From the NCBI GenBank assembly GCA_036228285.1, contig JAZAOA010000068.1:6921-30920 (forward strand): a stretch of DNA of 24,000 nt. The letters run 5' to 3'. The position numbers and the translations under genes were made by a program. The notes under the pieces are model-generated. The model ran no database searches. It was not told the origin of the DNA and saw only the letters and a list, made by a program, of their open reading frames with translations. This DNA is from Fidelibacterota bacterium. GTDB lineage: Bacteria; Fidelibacterota; Marinisomatia; Marinisomatales; TCS55. Positions 8,426-16,718 of the stretch are shown in pieces (positions within the stretch are counted from its first letter, which is position 1; each line of letters starts with the position of its first letter).

Positions 8426-9829
8426 CTATATTGCAAATTGTTGAATAATAGATGCAATTGAAGCTGTTAGTTTCTTTGCATATGGAATATGGATGAATTC
8501 ATTTGGGCCATGAGCATTAGACTGCGGACCAAGAATTCCAGTAATTACAAATTGTGCCTTCGGAAATTTTTCACCTAACATAGCCATAAACGGTATCGTT
8601 CCCCCTTCTCCCATAAATAAAGCAGGTTTTTTAAAGTAAGCTTGAGAAGCTTGTTGAATGGCAGTATCTAACCAAGGATCTAACTCTGGTGCATTCCATC
8701 CTGTAGCGGGCTCATCAAATTCTACAGTAATAGTTGCATCATATGGAGGGTTTTCTGTTAAAGCCTTATTCATAGCTTGCACAGCAATTTCTTTATCAAG
8801 AGTTGGAGGAATACGCATAGACAACTTTACTTCTGTATATGGACGTAGAACATTTCCACCGTCCTTTACCGCAGGAACTCCATCCATTCCAACTACTGAA
8901 AGAGCTGGTCTCCATGTTTGCCTGAGTGTTCCTTCAACTGGATCGCTTGTAGTAGACTTCATCGACTCATGCCATGGAAATTGGTCAAATTCTCCAGCTA
9001 ACTCATCTACCATCTTGTTTATATCTTCTATTCTTCTTTCCGGTATATCAACAACAAGATCATCAAGAATAATTTCTCCTGTTTTTTCATCTTCTAATCG
9101 AGAAAGTAGTTGTCGTAATACACGGAATGAAGATGGCACAACCCCGCTGGCAGAACCCGAATGCACTCCTTCATTTAAAACATCCACGCGTACTGTACAT
9201 CCAATGAGACCTCTTAAGGATGTAGTTGTCCAAAATTGCTCATAGTTTTGCGCGCCTGAATCAAGACAAACGACTAAATTAGGCTCGCCAATTAAAGAAG
9301 AACAATGATCCATATAAAAAGGCAAATCTGGTGATCCACTTTCTTCAGAAAATTCTATTAAAATTATGATCCTTGGATGATCTATATTCTGATCTTGTAA
9401 TGAGCGTACAACTGCCGTTGCAGCAAACATTGCATATCCATCATCTGCACCACCACGACCATAAAGTTTATCACCTTCAATAACAGGTTTCCATGGACCC
9501 AAGCCATCGTTCCAACCTTGCATTTCAGGTTGTTTATCCAAGTGCCCATACATTAAAATATTTCCCTTTATGTTTCCAGGGCAATCTATAATGATTAATG
9601 GTGTTCTTTTATCTTCTTGAAAAGTATGAACTGTACTACCATCTGGCTTATGTTTCTCTGCCCAATCTTTTGCTAATTTTAGTGCAGATGCCATATGTCC
9701 ATTATTAATCCATTCCGGATCAAAATCTGGTGATTTATTTGGAATCCGGATATAGTCTAACAATGTTGGGATAATATGTTTATCCCAAAATTTATCTACG
9801 TAGCTATCATTTTTTGAATGATTTATCAT
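8426..9829 (-). CDS. M20-family metallo-dipeptidase (CNDP/Dug1-like)
   Basis: 467 aa with M20 metal and catalytic motifs: YGHLDKQPE, GRGGADDGYAMF, the EE pair in EFSEESGS and a C-terminal HGPNEF. Confidence 0.85.
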   Translation of the reverse strand: MINHSKNDSYVDKFWDKHIIPTLLDYIRIPNKSPDFDPEWINNGHMASALKLAKDWAEKHKPDGSTVHTFQEDKRTPLIIIDCPGNIKGNILMYGHLDKQPEMQGWNDGLGPWKPVIEGDKLYGRGGADDGYAMFAATAVVRSLQDQNIDHPRIIILIEFSEESGSPDLPFYMDHCSSLIGEPNLVVCLDSGAQNYEQFWTTTSLRGLIGCTVRVDVLNEGVHSGSASGVVPSSFRVLRQLLSRLEDEKTGEIILDDLVVDIPERRIEDINKMVDELAGEFDQFPWHESMKSTTSDPVEGTLRQTWRPALSVVGMDGVPAVKDGGNVLRPYTEVKLSMRIPPTLDKEIAVQAMNKALTENPPYDATITVEFDEPATGWNAPELDPWLDTAIQQASQAYFKKPALFMGEGGTIPFMAMLGEKFPKAQFVITGILGPQSNAHGPNEFIHIPYAKKLTASIASIIQQFAI

Positions 9830-10028
9830 ATTTGATAAAAATTAGACTTGGAATTTCGTTTTTATTAATAAAGTATCAAGCAATTTTTTACATAAAATTA
9901 GAAAACAATTTTTTAAAGTATATATAAATTCAAAAATATTTAATTATGGAAAAACATTCACTAATTAAAGAAGCTCAAGACAATATTTTATTAAATTAAC
10001 TTTCTGCTGAGTCTAGTACACCATAGAT

Positions 10029-10054
10029 TTAGATATACTATCTAAGATTTTTTT
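10029..10054 (+). promoter_or_regulatory. 17-bp palindrome TTAGATA-tac-TATCTAA followed by T7, immediately upstream of the GH18 operon (operator or weak attenuator candidate)
   Basis: Bases 10029-10035 pair perfectly with 10039-10045 (7 bp, 3-nt loop). GA plus a run of seven T (10048-10054) follows, ending 6 nt before the TTG start at 10060. The stem is AU-rich with one GC pair, so it is weak as an RNA hairpin. Confidence 0.25.
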
Positions 10055-10059
10055 CAGAA

Positions 10060-11532
10060 TTGCAATACTTAAGAAAAATAAAACCATTATACTTTATAAT
10101 GATGAATTTACTTTGTTCTGTATTTGCGCAAGAGCATCCAGGAATTCATAAACTTCAGCTAGAGTATTATAATAATAACTACAATGAATTATCTAGTCCA
10201 TATACAAACGAACACATTATAGATAAACAAAATCGTTCAAGTGGACCTAATCGAGAAGTTTTTGGTTACCACCCATATTGGATGGGGACCGCATGGCAAA
10301 ATTATAATTACAATCTAATATCTACTATTGCCTATTTTAGTGCAGAAGCAACTGCTCAAGGGAATCTAAGTAATCTTCATGGTTGGCCAGTGGCTGGTTT
10401 AATTAATTTGGCGCATGCAAATGGTGTTAATGTCGTGCTTTGTGTAACACTTTTTGATAGTGAAGATTTGATTACATTATTAAGCAATCCATCTAATAGA
10501 GAAAATCTAATTAATAATCTTTTAATACAGGTACAAGCTGGGAATGCTGATGGCGTAAATGTTGATTTTGAATCGTTCCCATCATCACAAAAACAAAATA
10601 TGGTCCAATTTATTACAGATCTTACTAACACATTTCACACGGAGATACCTGGTTCGCAAGTTACATTGGCAACACCAGCAGTTGACTGGAATGATGGATG
10701 GGATTACAATGCCCTCGCAACTATAAGTGATGGGTTATTTATTATGGGATATAATTACTATTATGGTGGAAGTTCAACCACTGGTCCAATTGCTCCGCTT
10801 TCTGGTAATGGAATTACTGTTTCTTGGACGTTAAATGACTATTTGAATAAAACAAATCATCAATATAATAAATTGATTCTTGGATGTCCATATTATGGCT
10901 TCGAATGGTCAGCTGCATCTGAATCTAGTGGATCACCTACTTTAGATTATGGTTCTGCAAAATTTTATTCTGAAATGGAAGGAAACGCATTGTCATATGG
11001 TAAACTTTGGGATGAATCTTCACAAACCCCATGGTATCGCTATCAAAATCCAAACTGGTATCAAGGATGGTATGATGATAGTTTATCACTGTCCCTTAAG
11101 TATGATTTTGCCATTGAAAATAACTTATTAGGAGTAGGCATGTGGGCTATGGGTTATGATGGAAATAATCCTGAACTTTGGGATCTATTATCTTCAAAAT
11201 TTATTACGAATGGTTTGCATGTATCTTCTCAAGATAGATTCACTTTACCAATTTCCTCTATGATTCATTCGCTTTATCCTAATCCATCAAACTCATCAAT
11301 TACATTAGATTTTTCATTAAGAAATAAAAATGATAATGCAATAATATCTATTTTTGATTTATTAGGACGTCCTGTAAAAAACGTAAACATCCTATCGAAT
11401 GGAAATGAAAATTATAAATGGATATGGGATGGGACAGATATGTTTAATCAAGAATTACCTGCAGGTATTTATTTTCTAACAATATCTGTTGATCAAAATA
11501 TAGAAAGTAGAAAAATCACATTATTAAAATAA
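10060..11532 (+). CDS. Secreted GH18 glycoside hydrolase (cortical-fragment-lytic / SleL-YaaH-like subgroup) with a T9SS type-A C-terminal sorting domain
   Basis: GH18 catalytic motif DGVNVDFE, plus the subgroup-typical FGYHPYW near the N-terminus and GVGMWAMGYD near the barrel end. The C-terminal ~85 aa (YPNPSNSSITLDF...IFDLLGRPV...AGIYFLTI...KITLLK) match the Por/T9SS CTD pattern. It has a signal-like N-terminus with a TTG start at 10060; an alternative ATG at 10099 gives a poorer signal peptide. Confidence 0.85.
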   Translation: MQYLRKIKPLYFIMMNLLCSVFAQEHPGIHKLQLEYYNNNYNELSSPYTNEHIIDKQNRSSGPNREVFGYHPYWMGTAWQNYNYNLISTIAYFSAEATAQGNLSNLHGWPVAGLINLAHANGVNVVLCVTLFDSEDLITLLSNPSNRENLINNLLIQVQAGNADGVNVDFESFPSSQKQNMVQFITDLTNTFHTEIPGSQVTLATPAVDWNDGWDYNALATISDGLFIMGYNYYYGGSSTTGPIAPLSGNGITVSWTLNDYLNKTNHQYNKLILGCPYYGFEWSAASESSGSPTLDYGSAKFYSEMEGNALSYGKLWDESSQTPWYRYQNPNWYQGWYDDSLSLSLKYDFAIENNLLGVGMWAMGYDGNNPELWDLLSSKFITNGLHVSSQDRFTLPISSMIHSLYPNPSNSSITLDFSLRNKNDNAIISIFDLLGRPVKNVNILSNGNENYKWIWDGTDMFNQELPAGIYFLTISVDQNIESRKITLLK

Positions 11533-12806
11533 TGAATTATTATTGTATCATATTTTTTGTACTTATAACAAATCTATTATTTTCTCAAACAGACAAATCT
11601 ATTCATCAAGTACAATCAAAATATTATAGTTCTATTCCCACTCCTCCAGTAGATAAAGTTAATATAAAAACTGGCTTAGATATTCTCTTAGATAAGAAAC
11701 AACACTTAATTATTGATAAAAAAATTGCACTTGTTACAAATCAAACTGGTGTTGATCAAAATGGAATTGCGAATTATAAAAAATTAATGGAATTGAAAAA
11801 AACAAATCTGAAAGTTGTTTTCTCACCTGAGCATGGGCTATTTGGAGAAACAGATTCAAAAGTTACATATGATGATGGAATTGAGAATTTACCAAAAGTA
11901 TATAGCTTATATGGCACAACACGAAAACCAACTAAAGAAATGCTAGATGGCATTGATATAATTATTTATGATATTCAAGATATTGGGGCACGATTTTATA
12001 CATATATATCAACTTTAGGTTTAGTTATGGAAGCGGCTGCAGCATTAAATATACCAGTGATAGTTTTAGATAGACCGAATCCAATACGGGGTGATATTAT
12101 TGAAGGACCATTACTAGATCTTGAATATCAATCATTTATTGGTAAATACCCTATACCTATTCGATACGGAGGAACCGTTGCTGAACTTGCTGAAAGAATT
12201 ATTAAGCAAAAATGGATTAATCCTATACCAAAGCTGACTGTAATTCCAATGGAAGGATGGCATTCATCATTATGGTATGATGAAACTACCCTACCATGGA
12301 TTAAACCTTCTCCAAATATTCCAGATTTGGAAACAGCATTAATTTATCCAGGAATGTGTTTATTAGAAGGAACAAATATAAGCGAAGGAAGAGGTACAAA
12401 TAACCCATTTAAATGGTTTGGGGCGCCATGGATAGATAATAAAGGATTATCCCAAGAACTAAATAAATTAAAATTACCAGGTGTTGTTTTTGTACCAAAA
12501 TCATTCACCCCAATATCAATTCCTGGAGTTTCAGATAGACCAAAATATGAAGATCAGCTATGCTATGGAATTGAAATTAGAATAATAGATAGAAATCAAT
12601 TTTACAGTATTAAAACAGGTGTAAGTGTATTAAAAAAAATAAATGAGCTATACCCGGATTCCCTAATTATTAAAGAAAAACGATTGAATAGACTATGGGG
12701 GAGTGACACGCTTCTAAAAACTTTACGAGATAATAAAGTGTCAAATAAATTTTTTTCAACAGAATTAATAACAATATTTTTATTAATGATTTTATTTATT
12801 AATTAG
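11532..12806 (+). CDS. namZ: DUF1343-family exo-beta-N-acetylmuramidase (NamZ-like), exported
   Basis: DUF1343 motifs are present: ALVTNQTGVD, FSPEHGLFG, YDIQDIGARFYTYISTL, LDRPNP and ISEGRGT. A signal-like N-terminus (MNYYCIIFFVLITNLLFSQ) is present. The ATG overlaps the GH18 stop by 1 nt (TAATG). Confidence 0.85.
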   Translation: MNYYCIIFFVLITNLLFSQTDKSIHQVQSKYYSSIPTPPVDKVNIKTGLDILLDKKQHLIIDKKIALVTNQTGVDQNGIANYKKLMELKKTNLKVVFSPEHGLFGETDSKVTYDDGIENLPKVYSLYGTTRKPTKEMLDGIDIIIYDIQDIGARFYTYISTLGLVMEAAAALNIPVIVLDRPNPIRGDIIEGPLLDLEYQSFIGKYPIPIRYGGTVAELAERIIKQKWINPIPKLTVIPMEGWHSSLWYDETTLPWIKPSPNIPDLETALIYPGMCLLEGTNISEGRGTNNPFKWFGAPWIDNKGLSQELNKLKLPGVVFVPKSFTPISIPGVSDRPKYEDQLCYGIEIRIIDRNQFYSIKTGVSVLKKINELYPDSLIIKEKRLNRLWGSDTLLKTLRDNKVSNKFFSTELITIFLLMILFIN

Positions 12807-12812
12807 ACGATT

Positions 12813-14336
12813 GTGATAATTGTTAAATCAAATAGAGTTTCATTTATAGCAAGAATCTTTAAAAAAAATATATTCATTCTATTAATTTTTTTTCTACAAT
12901 GTAGTAATCCTCCTACGCTATATAATGTATCAGGATATAAAAAGGCAATTGATCCAATTAGTTCGATTATACAATCTTCTGGGTTGCAAACAAATATTGG
13001 CATTAAGGTCATAGATTTAAAATCCAATGAAACTATATATGAATGGAATCCTAATTCATTATTTAACCCAGGAAGTAATGTTAAAATATATACATGCCTA
13101 GCAGCCTTAGCGCTTCTTGATAGCAATAAGGCTTTCTCAACATCAGTATATCAAGATTCAAACGCAATTTATTTAGTTGGTGGTGGTGATCCTCATCTTA
13201 CGATTGAACAGTTAGATACAATTTCTCAGACAATAAGTGATACAATAAAACTCCATATTGGAAGAGATTATTGGTTTTTAAATAACCGTTTAAGAATGCG
13301 ATCAGTGGATTTAGCAAAAAGAATTAACTATCTTGTTGTAGATAATTCTATTTTTGATAATCTCCATTATGGACCTGGATGGATGTGGGATGAAGGCTCC
13401 TGGTGGCATGCTCCTCAAATTAGTGCAATGTCCTTAAATGAAAATTGTATTGATTTTTATGTCTCACCTGGTAAACTTAAAAAACCTGCCATAATTAATA
13501 CTCACCCAAAAACAAATTATATAACTATTCAAAATGAATCAATTACAGTAAATGATACTACAAATTTTCAAAAATTTAGGATTGAACGTAGTTGGGAAAA
13601 TCAAAAAAATAATTTTACCATTTCTGGAAATATAATGGATACTTCTTCTGTGGATACTCTACAAAGAAATATTCATGACCCTAGTTTATTCGCGGGAACT
13701 GTATTTAAAGAAATGCTGGTAAGCAAAGGACTCAATATTAAGAAGATCATCAAAGGGTCTGTTCCTAAAAATGCAATGAAAATAATAGAGCATAAATCCA
13801 AACCTATTGTTCATTCACTTAATGGCTTAATGAAAAGAAGTGAAAATCTTACTGCTGAATTACTAGTAAAACATATTGGATCAACTTTTTTTGATACTGT
13901 AGGAACTTGGAATAATGGACTGCTTGCTATTAAAACGTTCTTACATGATACAGTAGGTGTTGATACAAATACATTTAGTTTAAGTGATGGATCAGGAATG
14001 TCAAGATACAATTATAGCAGCCCAAATCATTTTACATCTACTCTTTTATGGGCATATAATAATAAAAATATTCGTAAGCAATTTTTTCAAACATTTCCCA
14101 TTGGTGGATTTGACGGAACGCTGGAAGACAGATTGCAAAATATTGATACAACATCTACTGTTATCGCAAAAACTGGTTCTCTTGCTGGCGCTAGTTGTTT
14201 ATCGGGTTATATAATTTCTAATACTAACAATCCTATTGCCTTTTCGATTTTGATGAATGGATTTGTTAATTCATCTAAACCTTTTCGCGAACTTCAAGAT
14301 GAAATCGTTTATGCACTAACAAAAATAAAATTATGA
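12813..14336 (+). CDS. dacB: D-alanyl-D-alanine carboxypeptidase/endopeptidase, PBP4 (peptidase S13) family, exported
   Basis: Three active-site motifs in the correct order: SxxK (PGSNVK), SDGSGMSRYN (SxN region) and KTGSL. The size (~500 aa) is typical of PBP4. It has a hydrophobic signal-like N-terminus and a GTG start 6 nt after the namZ stop. Confidence 0.85.
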   Translation: MIIVKSNRVSFIARIFKKNIFILLIFFLQCSNPPTLYNVSGYKKAIDPISSIIQSSGLQTNIGIKVIDLKSNETIYEWNPNSLFNPGSNVKIYTCLAALALLDSNKAFSTSVYQDSNAIYLVGGGDPHLTIEQLDTISQTISDTIKLHIGRDYWFLNNRLRMRSVDLAKRINYLVVDNSIFDNLHYGPGWMWDEGSWWHAPQISAMSLNENCIDFYVSPGKLKKPAIINTHPKTNYITIQNESITVNDTTNFQKFRIERSWENQKNNFTISGNIMDTSSVDTLQRNIHDPSLFAGTVFKEMLVSKGLNIKKIIKGSVPKNAMKIIEHKSKPIVHSLNGLMKRSENLTAELLVKHIGSTFFDTVGTWNNGLLAIKTFLHDTVGVDTNTFSLSDGSGMSRYNYSSPNHFTSTLLWAYNNKNIRKQFFQTFPIGGFDGTLEDRLQNIDTTSTVIAKTGSLAGASCLSGYIISNTNNPIAFSILMNGFVNSSKPFRELQDEIVYALTKIKL

Positions 14337-15259
14337 TAAAACCAAAAAAATTAAAGACTGAGGCTACTATAGGTATAGTCAGCCCATCTTATTGGATTGA
14401 TGAAAAAATTTTAAAGAATACATCGGATATTTTTTTACAAAAAAATTACAGACTTGTTTATGGAAAGAATATCTATTCAAAAGATGGTCCATTCGCAGGG
14501 AGTCCTGAACAACGAGCGAATGATATTCATACAATGTTTTTGGATCCATCAATTGATGCAATTTTATGTGCTCGTGGAGGTTATGGTGCAAATAAAGTGA
14601 TTCCCTTACTTAATTATGAGTTGATAAAAAAACATCCAAAAATATTTATGGGGTACAGTGATATTACCGCTTATTTACTTTCGATAACCCAACAAACCGA
14701 ATTAGTAACATTTCATGGTCCTATGTTAACATCATATGAAAATGGAGATAGAGAATATAATTATAACCAAATGATAAATATTCTATCAGGTAATGGAGAT
14801 GAGCAAATTATTGTACCTAATCAAATGCAACCTAATATTCTAAAAGCTGGCAATGCAGTTGGTCCTTTATGGGGAGGAAATTTAACACTTATTATTAATC
14901 GTCTTGGAACGAGTGATGTATTTGATACGAAAGGTACGATCTTATTTTTAGAAGATTTGAATGAATATTTTTACTCTTTTGAACGTATGCTAATCCATTT
15001 AAAGAATGCTGGTGTTTTTGATAATATTTCAGGGCTTATTATTGGAGAATTAATCAATATAAAAGATGAAAAAGTTCCTTTCTCAAAATCTACTGATGAG
15101 ATTGTAATGGATATTTGTGGAAAAATGGATTTTCCTATTATCACAAATTTTCCATGCGGCCATGGTAAATACCAAGCAACTTTTCCTATATCAATTCCAG
15201 TAGAATTACAAATAGGAAAAACTGTGTCTATAAAACTACTTGAACCAGCTGTTCAATGA
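14333..15259 (+). CDS. ldcA: Muramoyltetrapeptide LD-carboxypeptidase LdcA (peptidase S66), cytoplasmic
   Basis: S66 motifs are present: ARGGYGA, the nucleophile region GYSDITA, WGGNL and the catalytic His in FPCGHG. No signal peptide. ATGA start/stop overlap with dacB. Confidence 0.9.
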   Translation: MIKPKKLKTEATIGIVSPSYWIDEKILKNTSDIFLQKNYRLVYGKNIYSKDGPFAGSPEQRANDIHTMFLDPSIDAILCARGGYGANKVIPLLNYELIKKHPKIFMGYSDITAYLLSITQQTELVTFHGPMLTSYENGDREYNYNQMINILSGNGDEQIIVPNQMQPNILKAGNAVGPLWGGNLTLIINRLGTSDVFDTKGTILFLEDLNEYFYSFERMLIHLKNAGVFDNISGLIIGELINIKDEKVPFSKSTDEIVMDICGKMDFPIITNFPCGHGKYQATFPISIPVELQIGKTVSIKLLEPAVQ

Positions 15260-15331
15260 TTGATATTCTGGAAATTAAATTAGTAAGCTTTAAGCAAATA
15301 GATACAAGTATATATTTAAAATTCCTTAATC

Positions 15332-16699
15332 ATGTCTCATTATAAAAAAGATCTTGGTTTAAAAGAATCTATTGCCATAGTAATTAGTAGGATAATTGGT
15401 TCAGGAATATTTCGTGTACCTGCATCAATTATGGCTCTTGTAGGATGTACATCGTTATTTGGAGTTGTTTGGATAATTGGTGGCTTAATTACAATCTTTG
15501 GTGCTGTTATTTACTCAGAACTATCAGCGATGATGCCAAAATCTGGGGGGCCATATGTTTTTTTAAAAGCAGCTTATGGACCATATATTGCTTTTATAAG
15601 AGGATGGGCAATGTTCTTTGTTTCAGAGACAGCATCCATCGTAGCAGTTGCATTGGTTTTTTCGGAATATATTAGTGCGATATGGGTAATTATTTATGGT
15701 CATCATTTTAATTTAATTACTATTTTTTTTCTATCATTGATTACTATATGGATTCTAACATTTATCAACTTGTTTGGTGTGAGACTTAGTGGAAAATTTC
15801 AGATTTTTTTTAGTATTCTAAAAATAACTGCTCTTGGAGGTATTATTGGAGCAACTCTTACAGGATATAATACTGGTAATATAGAAAATTTTAGCAATCC
15901 TTTATGGCCAGAAACATTTGGATGGCATACAGTACTTTCTGTTGGCGCAGCTTTGAGATATGCATTTTTTGCATTTAGCGGATGGGAAGGAGCAACCTAT
16001 ATTGCGGAAGAAGTAAAAGAGCCCCAACGAAACCTTCCTCTTTCTTTATTTATAGGTATTGCTGGAGTAATGCTGCTTTACTTAGGCGCTAATATTGGAT
16101 ATTTATATCAATTAGATGTTGAAGCAATTAAAGAAAATAAATGGGTTGCAACAGCAGCAATGAAAGTTGTTTTGGGAACATCCGGAGGTGTACTTATATC
16201 TATTGCTGTAGCAATAAACGCATTTGGTAATATCAGTACTCAAATACTAACCAAAAGTCGTACTTGGCATGCAATGGCCCGCGATGGTTTATTTTTTAAA
16301 CAATTCAAGGGTCTTCATTCAAAATATAATACTCCAAATAATGCTCTGATTGGTCAAGGAATTTGGGCAACTGTTTTGTTACTTTTTTCTGTTTTAGCTA
16401 CTTATAAACAATCAGGTATTTCAGGAACAAACACTTATGAAATGATTATTGATTTTTTTTCTGCTACAAGTACAATATTTAACATACTGACTTTTTCCTC
16501 TATATATATACTGAGAAAAAAATGGAAAGATAAAAACAGGCCATACAAAGCACTTTTTTATCCATGGAGTATGATTATCGTTCTTTTATTATATAGTTCT
16601 TTTTTAATAATTACTTTATATACTGCTTTTATCCCATCAATAATTGGTTTTGCATTAACTTTGAGTGGAACTTTTTTCTATAGGAAAATAAGTAAATAA
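15332..16699 (+). CDS. APC-superfamily amino acid permease (LAT/SteT-like)
   Basis: 455 aa with about 12 predicted TM helices. The N-terminal APC motif is IGSGIF, followed by SELSAMMPKSGGPYVFLKAAYG. It lies 72 nt downstream of ldcA on the same strand. Confidence 0.8.
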   Translation: MSHYKKDLGLKESIAIVISRIIGSGIFRVPASIMALVGCTSLFGVVWIIGGLITIFGAVIYSELSAMMPKSGGPYVFLKAAYGPYIAFIRGWAMFFVSETASIVAVALVFSEYISAIWVIIYGHHFNLITIFFLSLITIWILTFINLFGVRLSGKFQIFFSILKITALGGIIGATLTGYNTGNIENFSNPLWPETFGWHTVLSVGAALRYAFFAFSGWEGATYIAEEVKEPQRNLPLSLFIGIAGVMLLYLGANIGYLYQLDVEAIKENKWVATAAMKVVLGTSGGVLISIAVAINAFGNISTQILTKSRTWHAMARDGLFFKQFKGLHSKYNTPNNALIGQGIWATVLLLFSVLATYKQSGISGTNTYEMIIDFFSATSTIFNILTFSSIYILRKKWKDKNRPYKALFYPWSMIIVLLLYSSFLIITLYTAFIPSIIGFALTLSGTFFYRKISK

Positions 16700-16718
16700 A
16701 ATGCTGATTTATTTTTAG

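Noticed and set aside
8658-9245. 195-aa plus-strand ORF, the longest unexplained ORF in the track
   Set aside because: It lies entirely antisense to the well-supported M20 peptidase gene. Its Ser/Thr/Arg-rich, low-complexity translation has no recognisable motifs, no SD and no signal sequence, which is typical of a shadow ORF on the opposite strand of a real gene.
12740-12806. Hydrophobic C-terminal tail of NamZ (ELITIFLLMILFIN) as a membrane anchor or a frameshift artefact
   Set aside because: It could simply be an AT-rich 3' end. I cannot align to family members here to decide whether the tail is conserved, and there is no sign of a disrupted frame upstream.
16700-16718. AAATAAA-atgctga-TTTATTT inverted repeat in the 19-bp gap between the convergent APC permease and DUF819 genes, as a bidirectional terminator
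   Set aside because: The stem is 7 bp of A-T pairs only and overlaps the APC permease stop codon. This is too weak and too easily produced by chance in AT-rich sequence to call.
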